From assembly GCA_021773835.1 (NCBI GenBank), contig JAJFJQ010000060.1, positions 8,540 to 72,539 of the forward strand: DNA of 64,000 bases, read 5' to 3'. A program made the position numbers and the translations under genes. Positions 21,202 through 31,016 of this stretch are shown here, in pieces (the first letter of the stretch is position 1; each line of letters begins with the position of its first letter). The notes under the pieces are model-generated. The model searched no databases. It was not told where the DNA came from and saw only the letters and a program-made list of their open reading frames with translations. The DNA comes from Gammaproteobacteria bacterium (GTDB lineage: Bacteria; Pseudomonadota; Gammaproteobacteria; Ga0077536).

Positions 21202-22125
21202 CTAAGTCACAACCGTCAAAAAATTCTCGTTCAATTTCCGATCGTGATAGAAGATCGCCTTTCCAAGCTCCTCCGCGGTCCACGTGATCGGCTCCCGGTC
21301 TGGATACCATGTGTAATCGCCACAAAATACTTCATTGCGATTACCGGATGGATCAAAGAAATAGATCGTACGCCCCCGCGTTATACCGTGACGGGTAGGA
21401 CCGATGTCAATCGAGATGTTGTGCATCCCCATGATGTCGGCCGCGTGCAAGATCTCCTCCCACGTGTTGAGTAAGAACGACGCGTGGTGAAACTTGCTGG
21501 GCTCCGGATATTGGATGAAGGCGATATCGTGTGCTTTGTTTGAGCACGATAAAAACGCACCGGTCATATTCGAGTCGGGATCGAGTACCCGCTCGGTCAA
21601 GGCGAAGCCCAATACATTCACGAAAAAATCGACCACGTCTGGAATGTTAGGACCATAAAGCAGGCAGTGATCAAAACGATTAACCTGCATGCCTTTAAGC
21701 CCTTCAGGCCACGGATCAGGATTTAGATAGCCCAAGCCATTGCCGGCATGATCTTTCTCCGCGTAAAGCTCGATTGGATGACCGCTTGGGATCACAAAGC
21801 GTATCCGATGGCCGCAGCCCTTGAGTTCACCCGCCGGCATCCGCTCGACATCGATGCCATATTCTCTTATAGCGACCTCGAAGCGGTCGAGGTCTGCGGT
21901 GGAATGCACTTTAAATCCCATGAAATCCATACCCGGTTCATCTGCTTCGCGTAGCACAATAGAAAAGCAATCGTGTTCGTCCCACGCCTTGAGATACACC
22001 CTACCTTGGTCGTCCTCGCCGGTTTTGATCATGCCAAGCCGCTCGACGTAGTGCGTCAGAGACGGTTCCATTTCTAATACGCGCAAACAGGTGTGGCCTG
22101 GCCGCATAACTCCGGTGTATGACAT
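21202..22125 (-). CDS. dmpB: catechol 2,3-dioxygenase
   Basis: [52 protein letters not shown] extradiol signature. Confidence 0.97.
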   Translation of the reverse strand: MSYTGVMRPGHTCLRVLEMEPSLTHYVERLGMIKTGEDDQGRVYLKAWDEHDCFSIVLREADEPGMDFMGFKVHSTADLDRFEVAIREYGIDVERMPAGELKGCGHRIRFVIPSGHPIELYAEKDHAGNGLGYLNPDPWPEGLKGMQVNRFDHCLLYGPNIPDVVDFFVNVLGFALTERVLDPDSNMTGAFLSCSNKAHDIAFIQYPEPSKFHHASFLLNTWEEILHAADIMGMHNISIDIGPTRHGITRGRTIYFFDPSGNRNEVFCGDYTWYPDREPITWTAEELGKAIFYHDRKLNENFLTVVT

Positions 22126-22184
22126 CTTGTAGTCCTCCGTTCGGTATTGTTTTGCTTATGCCGCTAGGCACGGCTGCTGCGTCG

Positions 22185-22511
22185 CTAATTCAACTTGTTA
22201 CGCAGAAACCCCAGCGGTCGGATCTGCAGGTCGCCTTCCGGGATCAGCTTGCACGCGAGGGCGATCCCATTTCTTTCATCTTCTTCGCTGACCTGGGCGC
22301 GGCTCATTTTCGTGGTTCGATACTTGCCGTCGTCGAGCACCTGCACGCGGCAGATACCACAACCGCCGCCGCGGCAGCCCACTGGGATCCCTTTGCGACC
22401 CAGTCGCTCCATCGCGAGCAGAACATTCTGCCCTTCTTTGCACAAAAAGCTATCCCCACTATCGGAAATAGTGATTTCGAAGCGCCTCGCTTGCTCAATT
22501 TCGTCACTCAA
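22185..22511 (-). CDS. dmpQ: XylT-type [2Fe-2S] ferredoxin (reactivates catechol dioxygenase)
   Basis: IPVGCRGGGCGIC...MSRAQV...LAC. Confidence 0.92.
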   Translation of the reverse strand: MSDEIEQARRFEITISDSGDSFLCKEGQNVLLAMERLGRKGIPVGCRGGGCGICRVQVLDDGKYRTTKMSRAQVSEEDERNGIALACKLIPEGDLQIRPLGFLRNKLN

Positions 22512-23572
22512 AATTTCTTGAACAAAGCGCTCCGGCGTGCGGGCTCGGCGCCATCGGCAGCGGTCAGAAACGACTCCATGAAGATATGTTCTTCGAATAA
22601 ACGTCCTTGCATCAAGGTTGTAATGCAGGCGTCTATCATCGGCGGCGGTCCACAGAGATAGGCCTTATGGCCGGCGAAGTTACCGCCGAAATACGCCGCC
22701 GCAAGCTCATGCACGAAGCCACGCGGCCCATCCCAGGAGTCATCTTCGGCGGCATCCGATAGTGCGGCACGGTAGGTAAAATTCGCGTGGTCCGCCGCCA
22801 GGCCCGAGAATAGATCATAGTAATAGAGTTCCGCACGATTACGTGCACCATAGAGTAACGTGATTTCGCGTGAGTCACCGGCCTCGAGCAAATCCAATAT
22901 CATCGATTTCGGACTCGATAATCCAGACCCGCCGGCGAGAAACATGACCGGCTCCGGCGCCGATTTGCGCACAAAGAATCGTCCAAGCGGTGCCGTGAAG
23001 CTTAGCCGGTCACCGATAGCCAACTGACTATGAAGAAATCCCGTCGCCTCGCCGCCGTCAACCAGACGAATATTGAGTTCGATCGAATTGGCTTGTGACG
23101 GCGCACTCGCGATGGAGAATGCCCGCGGATGCTCCACACCGTCGATCGACAAGTTGATGTATTGCCCTGCTTGAAACGCCACGCCGTCACCTTCGACGTC
23201 AAGCCAGATCCCCTTGATGGTTGGCGTGAGTGCTTCGATACGCGCAACGACGCCCACCGAATCCTCGACGGCGTAACCCGCAGCATCGGGTTCCTCGTCG
23301 ATCTCGGCCTCGATAACCAGATCGGATTCTAAGGTCGCGCAACACGCAAGCGTCTTGTTCTCGTCACGCTCGATATCCATCAGCGCAAATGAAGAAGCAT
23401 GATTGTGCTCGACCTCTCCCTCAAGCACCTCGACCTTGCAGGTGCCACATAGGCCATGGTTACAGGCGTAGGGTAGCCAGATCCCAGCACGCAACGCCGC
23501 ATCGAGGATCGTCTGCCCCTCCTCCACCTCTATCGTGTCGCCGAGCGGTTCAATGGTGACCTGGTAGCTCAT
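22508..23572 (-). CDS. dmpP: phenol hydroxylase reductase (2Fe-2S/FAD/NADH)
   Basis: ACNHGLCGTC, RAFSIAS, AGGSGLSSPKSM, YLCGPP, C-terminal RSALFKKF. Confidence 0.95.
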   Translation of the reverse strand: MSYQVTIEPLGDTIEVEEGQTILDAALRAGIWLPYACNHGLCGTCKVEVLEGEVEHNHASSFALMDIERDENKTLACCATLESDLVIEAEIDEEPDAAGYAVEDSVGVVARIEALTPTIKGIWLDVEGDGVAFQAGQYINLSIDGVEHPRAFSIASAPSQANSIELNIRLVDGGEATGFLHSQLAIGDRLSFTAPLGRFFVRKSAPEPVMFLAGGSGLSSPKSMILDLLEAGDSREITLLYGARNRAELYYYDLFSGLAADHANFTYRAALSDAAEDDSWDGPRGFVHELAAAYFGGNFAGHKAYLCGPPPMIDACITTLMQGRLFEEHIFMESFLTAADGAEPARRSALFKKF

Positions 23573-23584
23573 GCAATGTTGCGC

Positions 23585-23947
23585 CTAGATACCGGTCCCG
23601 AACATCCCATCCAAACCTGGCGATCGGATTTGTAGATAGGTCATGTGTCCGATGCCATTGTCTTTGAAACTCTTGTCCAGCTCCGGTTGCCATGGTTTTT
23701 GATCGAGCTCCCATTCAAGCGTTTCGATATCAAGCTTCGCGGTATCGGGATGAGTGGCGTAATCCGGTTTAAACATCTGCTCCATAAAGTCCCGCAAAAT
23801 CATCTCAACCGGCGCCCGGTAAGCGGATGGACATGAGTACAGCAAGTGCTTCTCCCATTGGATGTAGAAATTAATATCGCCACCGTAACGCGCTTCTCGA
23901 TTTTCAGATTCGAATTCGTAGCGCTCACCTAAATGTTTTACTGTCAT
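23585..23947 (-). CDS. dmpO: phenol hydroxylase gamma subunit (P4)
   Basis: WEKHLLY, HPDTAKLD, WQPELDKSFKDNGIGH, SPGLDG; position between dmpN and dmpP. Confidence 0.85.
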   Translation of the reverse strand: MTVKHLGERYEFESENREARYGGDINFYIQWEKHLLYSCPSAYRAPVEMILRDFMEQMFKPDYATHPDTAKLDIETLEWELDQKPWQPELDKSFKDNGIGHMTYLQIRSPGLDGMFGTGI

Positions 23948-23967
23948 CTTTAAACTCCCTAGCGTTG

Positions 23968-25506
23968 CTACGCCGCTTCGTCGGAATTTGCCTGCGGGGT
24001 TGGTTGCTGTGACTGCCACGCTTCCCAGTTCTGATGATCAGGCGAGCCGTTATATTCCCCGGTATCGATGTCTTTTTTAAGATGCAACCACTCGGCGTAC
24101 TCGAATATGTCGCGCGCACCTCCGGCGTCCCCGCGATAGATCTGCTGCGGCGGAATCAAAGACTGTACAAATTTTTCCGGTTCGCGATTGAAGATGTCGG
24201 CACAGCCATCCGAGCAACAATGATGCTTGGTGTCCGCCCACTCGACGATGCGCACACACTGTTTTTGCGGATCGTCAGGCTCGGTGTAGAACACCGGGAT
24301 CTGACAGACTTGGCACACCATCGGCAGACGATTGTTGAAGTAGCGATTTCCCGCCTGTTCCTGTTCACGAAGAAACAACAAACGAGGTCGATACATCGTA
24401 TCGAACAGGTCCCCATATTTTTCCGACATCCAATCGAGTTCTTCGTCCTCGGGCACCCAAGTATGCAGACCAAGCGCGTTACCGTATTGGTATAGCGTTG
24501 CCCAAAGTTCATGCGTAACTCGTGTTTTCTCTTTTGTCGCAACTTCGTGGTACTTCGGCAATCGAATACCGTAACGGCTCAAGTCGTGAAACAGGGCGAT
24601 GCCATTTTCTTCCCAATAGATCTCCCACGCCTCTTTCCATGACATGACCTTCTTCGGCAGCATGTAGTCCATCATCGTGCCGACTAGGCCGAGCAGGCGA
24701 TAGCCACGCCAAAACCACTTGTCCAACCAGGCTTGAACGATCGGCACGTTGTCTTCGTGTTGCTCCAGCATGAATTTCACGACCTCGAGGCCTAAAGTCA
24801 TGTGTCGTGACTCATCGGATTGCGCGGAGAAACCAAACGTGGTCGTCGCCATATCACCGTTGTAGGCAGCACCGGAGACAAACGGCATGAATAACAAGTT
24901 CGTTAATACGTATTCAAATGCGAAGGATATCGAGGTGACGAATTCGAACGGGCCGGCACTCATCGCGTCTTCAAAGAAACTCTTGGGGATTGATAAATAC
25001 CAAGCGCGGTCGCGAAGATGCGCGAAGCCATGCATGCCGTTGAAGAATTTGTTGTAATGACTAAATGCATGCAACTGCGTTTGCGCATGCCGTAATTCGT
25101 CTATCGACTGCATTTGACAGGCAACCCGGGCTCCAGCCCCGCGAAAGGCGCGTCCCGCATGCGCAAAGCCGCGGTGGGCGGCATACTCGAGCGGGGTGAT
25201 CCCCTGTAGCCACAGCTTGACCGCATTCATGTAACGCGCATCGCTGATATTAAGCTGGCCGTTATTTTGTTGGAACGCATCCAAGATGGCGTAGAGCTTG
25301 CGTTCCTTTTCGCTTTGGTATTTCCAGTAGGACTCCATCGTGAGGCGAAATGGATCTTCCCACTTATCCCAATCGATGATTTTTATGCCTTCGTATTTGT
25401 CGTAGGGAAATACCTCGTCCATTGGTTGATACGTGGTCTCCCAATCGAGGCCCCGCGTCATCAAGCTATATCGTTCTTTCAAACCTAGGCGTTTTGCTTT
25501 GGCCAT
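23968..25506 (-). CDS. dmpN: phenol hydroxylase alpha (di-iron) subunit (P3)
   Basis: TPLEY, DELRH, FEYVLTN, DESRH di-iron ligands; C-terminal CQVC...CSDGC. Confidence 0.97.
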   Translation of the reverse strand: MAKAKRLGLKERYSLMTRGLDWETTYQPMDEVFPYDKYEGIKIIDWDKWEDPFRLTMESYWKYQSEKERKLYAILDAFQQNNGQLNISDARYMNAVKLWLQGITPLEYAAHRGFAHAGRAFRGAGARVACQMQSIDELRHAQTQLHAFSHYNKFFNGMHGFAHLRDRAWYLSIPKSFFEDAMSAGPFEFVTSISFAFEYVLTNLLFMPFVSGAAYNGDMATTTFGFSAQSDESRHMTLGLEVVKFMLEQHEDNVPIVQAWLDKWFWRGYRLLGLVGTMMDYMLPKKVMSWKEAWEIYWEENGIALFHDLSRYGIRLPKYHEVATKEKTRVTHELWATLYQYGNALGLHTWVPEDEELDWMSEKYGDLFDTMYRPRLLFLREQEQAGNRYFNNRLPMVCQVCQIPVFYTEPDDPQKQCVRIVEWADTKHHCCSDGCADIFNREPEKFVQSLIPPQQIYRGDAGGARDIFEYAEWLHLKKDIDTGEYNGSPDHQNWEAWQSQQPTPQANSDEAA

Positions 25507-25572
25507 TGGAAATCCTTATTTAGCAAATAGTTTTAATGCAGCAATCTTTCAATTTCGTGATCTACGATACCG

Positions 25573-25845
25573 CTAGGTATTCCAAGCGATCACAAACTCG
25601 TCGTCGTCCTCATCGATATTGCCCCCGAGCGAGATTAGATTGATATGCATTTCCTGCAGATCAAAATCACGTCCCATTTTTTCTTCGACCGTCTCACGTC
25701 TCACTACTAGCCGCCCAGGACAATCGATCTTGACCATGCCCGGACTTTCATTGGCGACCGCGGCGGGGTTGTCTTCGAGGATCGCCTCGATGATTGGCTG
25801 CGCTTCAGCATTGTTCTGGAACGCGATAAAAACATTGTCTGCCAT
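25573..25845 (-). CDS. dmpM: phenol hydroxylase regulatory/effector protein (P2)
   Basis: NVFIAFQ, IIEAILEDNP, INLISLGGNIDE. Confidence 0.93.
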   Translation of the reverse strand: MADNVFIAFQNNAEAQPIIEAILEDNPAAVANESPGMVKIDCPGRLVVRRETVEEKMGRDFDLQEMHINLISLGGNIDEDDDEFVIAWNT

Positions 25846-25856
25846 GGTGTCGCTTC

Positions 25857-26855
25857 CTATACGTCGAGACCGGCCTTGCCGGCACGGGTCATGAGCCGAT
25901 CGACAACTTCGTCGAGTGCAACGCTGCCCTCGCCGTCGAAGGCAGCATCGCTGAGTGGCTTTAACGCACCTTGTATGCGAGGCATCCACTTGGCGATCCA
26001 GCCCTCAATATGCGTTTTGTTGGCCGGTGACTCCTGGGCGCAACGTTTTATTACCGCATCGGCCCAACGCGAGGCCTCGGCAAACCATTCGATCGTGAAT
26101 TCGTTCATCATCGAATAGGCCGCACCGCCGTGCTGAGTCACCGCCGCATCGAACTTATCGAACATCAGCGGATGCAGGGCGCCATCGATAAGCAGATTCT
26201 GTAAGACGTGCAGTTCAAACCAGTCTTTTGTCACCATCGCTTCTTCGACCAAGGCGCGCATCGGCTGCCACATATCGTCGTCTAACCATAAGGCCTTGGC
26301 GTCGTCCAATGCCGTTGGATCGTTGTCTGCCAATATCAGACCGATGCGGGTTATGTATTGCGCAATACCGAGTTGGTCCATCGTTTGTAATGACGCAGCA
26401 GAGGTTATGGGCGCCCCAAACCCATAGGCAGCGATATAGCTGTTGTTCGTATTAGCCGCCCAAGCGACGTGACGTAAGGGGACAATAAGGCGGCGGATCT
26501 TGTCTTTCCATGCCGCCTCCATTCCATCCATCAATCCACGCGACTCAACAAATTTAAAATTCTTTTCTTGCGAGTCTTGTTGCTTGCCGCGTTGGATCGT
26601 CCAGGTGCCGTAGTAATACTGCCGCGGATCGATGAGGTCGTCGAAGTCCTCCATGACAACGGCTGTACGTGATGGATCATAGAGCGTCTTGGTCGGATCC
26701 CAGGTCGGGCGGTAATGCTGATTGACGATTGGCTGCAAACCCCACACCGCCTCTTGGTAACGCGTTGCCGCTTTATCGGGACCAAGCTTCTCGGCGATAT
26801 GGTCAAAGGTCTTGCGTACGGGATCGATTGAAGTCGTCTTGAGATCGATAGTCAT
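25857..26855 (-). CDS. dmpL: phenol hydroxylase beta subunit (P1)
   Basis: ATRYQEA, HYRPTWDP, DPRQYYYGTW, DWFEL. Confidence 0.95.
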   Translation of the reverse strand: MTIDLKTTSIDPVRKTFDHIAEKLGPDKAATRYQEAVWGLQPIVNQHYRPTWDPTKTLYDPSRTAVVMEDFDDLIDPRQYYYGTWTIQRGKQQDSQEKNFKFVESRGLMDGMEAAWKDKIRRLIVPLRHVAWAANTNNSYIAAYGFGAPITSAASLQTMDQLGIAQYITRIGLILADNDPTALDDAKALWLDDDMWQPMRALVEEAMVTKDWFELHVLQNLLIDGALHPLMFDKFDAAVTQHGGAAYSMMNEFTIEWFAEASRWADAVIKRCAQESPANKTHIEGWIAKWMPRIQGALKPLSDAAFDGEGSVALDEVVDRLMTRAGKAGLDV

Positions 26856-26859
26856 TTAT

Positions 26860-27120
26860 CTATTCCTGTTCGTCATCACCAAAACGCCAACGGCGTTCGT
26901 TTGCATCGACTGTGGCGGCGTCATCGTCGGTCAGCATCCGAACTTCGTGGTCGGCACAGAATTCATCGAAGGCTGCCGGCGGCAATACCATCTCGAGGTA
27001 CAAGCTCGGATCGCCGATAGAGAACTGAAATTCCACGTTCCCGTGATGGTTTAGGTTCGTCACACGGACGTAGCGAATGATCTTGCCGCTTGAACGCTCT
27101 AATCGGGTGACGTTATCCAT
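26860..27120 (-). CDS. dmpK: phenol hydroxylase assembly protein (P0)
   Basis: RYVRV, VEFQFSIGDPSLYLEMVLPPAAFDEFC, WRFG; start uncertain (27120 or 27144). Confidence 0.9.
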   Translation of the reverse strand: MDNVTRLERSSGKIIRYVRVTNLNHHGNVEFQFSIGDPSLYLEMVLPPAAFDEFCADHEVRMLTDDDAATVDANERRWRFGDDEQE

Positions 27121-27157
27121 GGACCGTGATGTTCTGTTCTCCACTTAACAGTGATAG

Positions 27158-27173
27158 AGCAGAATCCGTGCCA
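27158..27173 (-). promoter_or_regulatory. sigma54 -24/-12 promoter of the phenol hydroxylase operon
   Basis: Minus strand reads TGGCACGGATTCTGCT (GG-N10-GC) just upstream of dmpK. Confidence 0.85.
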
Positions 27174-27271
27174 TCAAACACGATGCTGTTGATTTCTAAC
27201 AGTTTTACGTTCTAGCAGTAGCTGCTGCGCTGCATGATAGTACTGATATGGATTACTCATCCTGATCCCTT

Positions 27272-27296
27272 TTCATCATATGAGCAAATTAATCAA
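27272..27296. promoter_or_regulatory. putative DmpR/XylR upstream activating sequence
   Basis: TTCATCATATGAGCAA matches 12 of 16 positions of the TTGATCAATTGATCAA-type palindrome and overlaps TGAGCAAATTAATCAA; about 100-125 bp upstream of the -24 box. Confidence 0.55.
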
Positions 27297-27379
27297 CCCG
27301 TATTCGGTACTTTGTACTCCGTGCTGCTCAATTTGGGGTCCATCGGAAACCTCGTTCCATTTGGACAATCAATAGACCA

Positions 27380-27573
27380 CGTCATATCGGTCATGACCTG
27401 ATATCCAGCGGAATTTCGCTCTTACGTATGAAGCTACTCGCGGCATGGATTCCGGCCTCCGCCGGAATGACGACGAGAAAATTGTCGTATCCACGGCCGG
27501 ATGAGCGGAGCCGTGGTCAATTCTACTTGGGCCAGCCATGAACTCCGTCATACCGGGCTTGACCCGGTATCCA
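27380..27573. repeat. REP/BIME-like cluster, same three-unit layout as 5908-6040
   Basis: CGTCATATCGGTCATGACCTGATATCCA (27380), ATGGATTCCGGCCTCCGCCGGAATGACG (27445), CGTCATACCGGGCTTGACCCGGTATCCA (27546, identical to 6013). Confidence 0.85.
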
Positions 27574-27600
27574 ACCAACCTGAAGCGGGCGCGCGAGAAT

Positions 27601-29262
27601 TCAACCCACTTCCTTGTTGGTCGCCTCGCGCTTCAATCGATAAGCAAGCTGCGCTCGGGTCATCCCGAGCAGCCGTGCCGCGGCGCTCAGATTCCCATCC
27701 TTGCGATCAACGGCGAGCTTTAGCAATCGCGACTCCAAATCGTCGAACGTGAGCTCGTGCTGGATCGCGTACTCCAACAGATTATCGACCCGAGTGGCCT
27801 CACTGCTGCTATTCGCTCGACCACGAGATTCCCCAGGAAGCAAGCTATCCGCATCGATAGCCGCGTCGCTTGCCGTCAGGATCACGCCGCGTTCAATGAT
27901 GTTCTTCAGCTCACGAATGTTGCCGGGCCAGGCGTAACCAAGCAGGATCCCCATGGCCTCGTCCGACACGCTGGCGATTCGCTTACCGTGTGTCGCGGAA
28001 TACTTTTCAATGAAGTGGTGCACCAACAACGGGATATCGTGCAGTCGATCTCGCAGCGGCGGAATGGCGACTGGATATGGGTTGAGGCGATAGTACAAGT
28101 CGGCGCGAAAGTTGCCCGCGCTAACCGCTGCTTCGAGGTCGATATTGGTCGCTACGATCACCCTAACATCAACCCGCCGTACTGCGGTGTCACCAATACG
28201 TTCGATCTCACCCTCCTCTAGCACACGCAGGAGTTTCGCCTGCGCAGCGGGCGATAATTCACTGACCTCGTCCAAGAATAACGTGCCGCCATGTGCGCGC
28301 TCGAAACGCCCGGGACGCGACCGGCTCGCACCCGTAAAGGCGCCCTTTTCGACCCCAAATAGTTCCGATTCAATCAGGTCCTCTGGGATAGCAGCACAAT
28401 TAACCGCAACGAATGCGCCATTGGAGCGGGTACTCAGTTCGTGAATTCGACGCGCGAACATTTCCTTACCAACGCCGGTTTCGCCTAACAGCATCACCGT
28501 GACCTGGCTTGCCGCGACTTTATTAATCATCTCGAACGCGATTTTGAAACTTTCGCTCTCGCCGATTAATTCACCAGCGCCGTCTTGTTCGTTGATAGAA
28601 GCCCGCAGTTGTTCAACCTGGGTCTGCAACTCTAGAAGGCGGTCGGCCAAACTTTCCGGTTGAAAATACTTAAGATCTTGCTCTGCATCGTCCCAACGCT
28701 CGAGCGGCCGTCCAATGATGCGGCAATGCCGGTCACCGGTCGCCGCACACTCGACTTCGCGATAGAGGACGAAGCTGCCAAATAATTCAGAGGTGTATCC
28801 GGCCGCATAACCGATCTGCATCCAACAGGCAGGAGCCGTATCAACGCCGAAATGGGCCCGGTGGACCTCGGCCTCGTAGGAGTTTTCCCAAATGAACTCA
28901 CCTTCACAGATCCCGCGCGCCGCATTCATCTCGAATTTCACCGGCTTCACGTTGACGATGCCTTCGAGATTGTGGAGTTGAGGACCCATGACGTACATAT
29001 CGTTGTCGCTGGCATTCGGGAATAAACGACGCACGAACGCTGCATCTCTCGTACCCGACGCAAAGCCCATACGGGTTAACGCACCACGGGCACGATCGTG
29101 CCCGAGCGTCTCGATGAGTTCGCGTCTAAGCTCGCCCATGGCGCCCGCATGGACCATGATCATGCGCTGCTCGTCGAGCCAAATCTGTCCCGAGTCGGGC
29201 AGAAAACGCAGCCGAGAGCGCATCTCTGTACCCGCTTTTAGGTGGGATCCTGGTGTGGCCAT
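27601..29262 (-). CDS. dmpR: sigma54-dependent aromatic-responsive activator (DmpR/XylR family)
   Basis: XylR_N/V4R ([24 protein letters not shown]...C), [21 protein letters not shown]-terminal Fis HTH. Confidence 0.93.
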   Translation of the reverse strand: MATPGSHLKAGTEMRSRLRFLPDSGQIWLDEQRMIMVHAGAMGELRRELIETLGHDRARGALTRMGFASGTRDAAFVRRLFPNASDNDMYVMGPQLHNLEGIVNVKPVKFEMNAARGICEGEFIWENSYEAEVHRAHFGVDTAPACWMQIGYAAGYTSELFGSFVLYREVECAATGDRHCRIIGRPLERWDDAEQDLKYFQPESLADRLLELQTQVEQLRASINEQDGAGELIGESESFKIAFEMINKVAASQVTVMLLGETGVGKEMFARRIHELSTRSNGAFVAVNCAAIPEDLIESELFGVEKGAFTGASRSRPGRFERAHGGTLFLDEVSELSPAAQAKLLRVLEEGEIERIGDTAVRRVDVRVIVATNIDLEAAVSAGNFRADLYYRLNPYPVAIPPLRDRLHDIPLLVHHFIEKYSATHGKRIASVSDEAMGILLGYAWPGNIRELKNIIERGVILTASDAAIDADSLLPGESRGRANSSSEATRVDNLLEYAIQHELTFDDLESRLLKLAVDRKDGNLSAAARLLGMTRAQLAYRLKREATNKEVG

Positions 29263-29852
29263 CGTTGCCCCTCACTTGATCAACGGATAATTCAAGATTT
29301 GATCATATCGTAAAAAGATAATTCGGAGTCGCTGGACGCAATAGGACTGAATTACTTCGATTGTGGAATTCGCGGGTTACGACTCGTTTGTGGTTCGCGC
29401 CTCCTCCGACCGTACGTCTATCTCTGGCAAAATTTACTCCAACATTACCGGGTGGGCTTTTTCATCAAAGAGTGGCCCGTGGCACAAGGGCGGCTAGGGC
29501 CCGATATCGTTAAGGGTTGTTGGACACCTGCCGACGTCGAAGTCTATCTGTTTAGCACGGCGTGATGGGGCAGGTGTCTAAAAAGCCCCGAGGTAGGAAA
29601 CCGCGGGGTTGTGCTGATGTGCTATGGGGGAAGTAGTTGAGTATCGATAGACGACGGTATCTTGATCGAGTAAATGTGTAGCACGATCTCCGTCGCCCGC
29701 TGTTGCGCTTCGTGTTGTTTCACGTTTATGCATCGACAATAAGGTCTCCGAAGACGCGGCAACTGCGGTCCCGTTCAGGTCAAACCATAGGGTGCCATCA
29801 TCGCCGTTTTGACGATGTCGGGTGTGACTCATTTGAGAACTAACGTGCAAGG

Positions 29853-31013
29853 TCACGGCGGCGCACGGGGTCGTTCAAAGCGCCGAAGCAGTTCGACGAT
29901 CGTCATTGGCGCGTGGCAGGTGGGGCACACGAAGGTGGGCGTGTCGTTCGCTTCGGGCTTTTCGGTAGTCGTTTCATTCGGCTCATCGTTGCTGAGTTGC
30001 TTGCGGATGAGTCGAAGGTTTTCTCTGCGACAGTGGTTGGACAAGAGCCCGAAGTGACGGATCCGATGAAAGCCTAACGGTAAGATGTGGATGAGGAAGC
30101 GACGGATAAATTCGCTGGTGTCGAGCCGCATCGTTTTATTGCGTTCGTTGGGCTTGGCGCGGTAGTCGGTCCACTTGAAGGTGACACCATGCTCATCGCA
30201 ACGCACGAGCCGGCGGTTAGCGATAACGACGCGGTGGGTATATCGAGAGAGATAAGCCAACACAGCTTCGGGACCTTGGAAGGGTCGCTTAGCATAGACG
30301 ACCCATTGCACACGTCGCGACGGTGCTAAATAGGCAGCGAAGGCTAGCGGATCGCTCAGGTGTTGGAGTCGCCCATAAAAGTTAAGTCGATCGTGTGCAT
30401 CGACGAGTTGTTCAAGGAACCGTCGTCGGAACAATCGCGATAACACGCGCACCGGTAAGAAGAATCCCTTTCTACAGGCTATCCATCGTTCGTTCTGCGA
30501 GAGACCGCCGCCCGGCACGATGCAATGCAGATGCGGATGATGCGTCAGCGCCGAGCCCCAAGTATGCAGCACGGCGGTGAAGCCAAGCTTAACGCCGAGA
30601 CGCTTGGGATCGGCGGCGATGGTCGTTAAGGTCTCAGAGGTCGCTTTAAACAATAGGTCGTAGACCACCGCTTTATTTTGATAGGCGATGTCGGCGATCG
30701 GCGCTGGTAAGGTGAACACGACGTGGTAATACTCAACGGGTAAGAGATCGGCCTCGCGAGCGGCCAACCACCGTTTGGCTGTCGCACCCTGACACTTCGG
30801 ACAATGCCGATTGCGACAGGAGTTGTAGGCGATCTGCTGCGTATCGCAGGCATCACAGCGCAATACATGACCGCCGAGCGCGGCCGAGCGACAGCGTTCA
30901 ATGGCCGACATGGCCTTGAGTTGGCCCAGACTTACATGTCCAGTGTTTTGATGTCGCCACGCCGGCCCGTGGTCGCGGAAGATGTCCGCGACCTCGAGAG
31001 CCTCGTGAGACAC
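29853..31013 (-). CDS. IS91 family transposase
   Basis: Zn-binding CDAC...SCRNRHCPKC, HVVFTLP, LHTWG...HPHLHC (HUH), YLSRY, GFHRIRHFG. Confidence 0.95.
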   Translation of the reverse strand: MSHEALEVADIFRDHGPAWRHQNTGHVSLGQLKAMSAIERCRSAALGGHVLRCDACDTQQIAYNSCRNRHCPKCQGATAKRWLAAREADLLPVEYYHVVFTLPAPIADIAYQNKAVVYDLLFKATSETLTTIAADPKRLGVKLGFTAVLHTWGSALTHHPHLHCIVPGGGLSQNERWIACRKGFFLPVRVLSRLFRRRFLEQLVDAHDRLNFYGRLQHLSDPLAFAAYLAPSRRVQWVVYAKRPFQGPEAVLAYLSRYTHRVVIANRRLVRCDEHGVTFKWTDYRAKPNERNKTMRLDTSEFIRRFLIHILPLGFHRIRHFGLLSNHCRRENLRLIRKQLSNDEPNETTTEKPEANDTPTFVCPTCHAPMTIVELLRRFERPRAPP

Positions 31014-31016
31014 GGG

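Noticed and set aside
29578-29856. 92-aa ORF overlapping the IS91 transposase stop
   Set aside because: Lies in the structured terminal region of the element with no recognisable domain.
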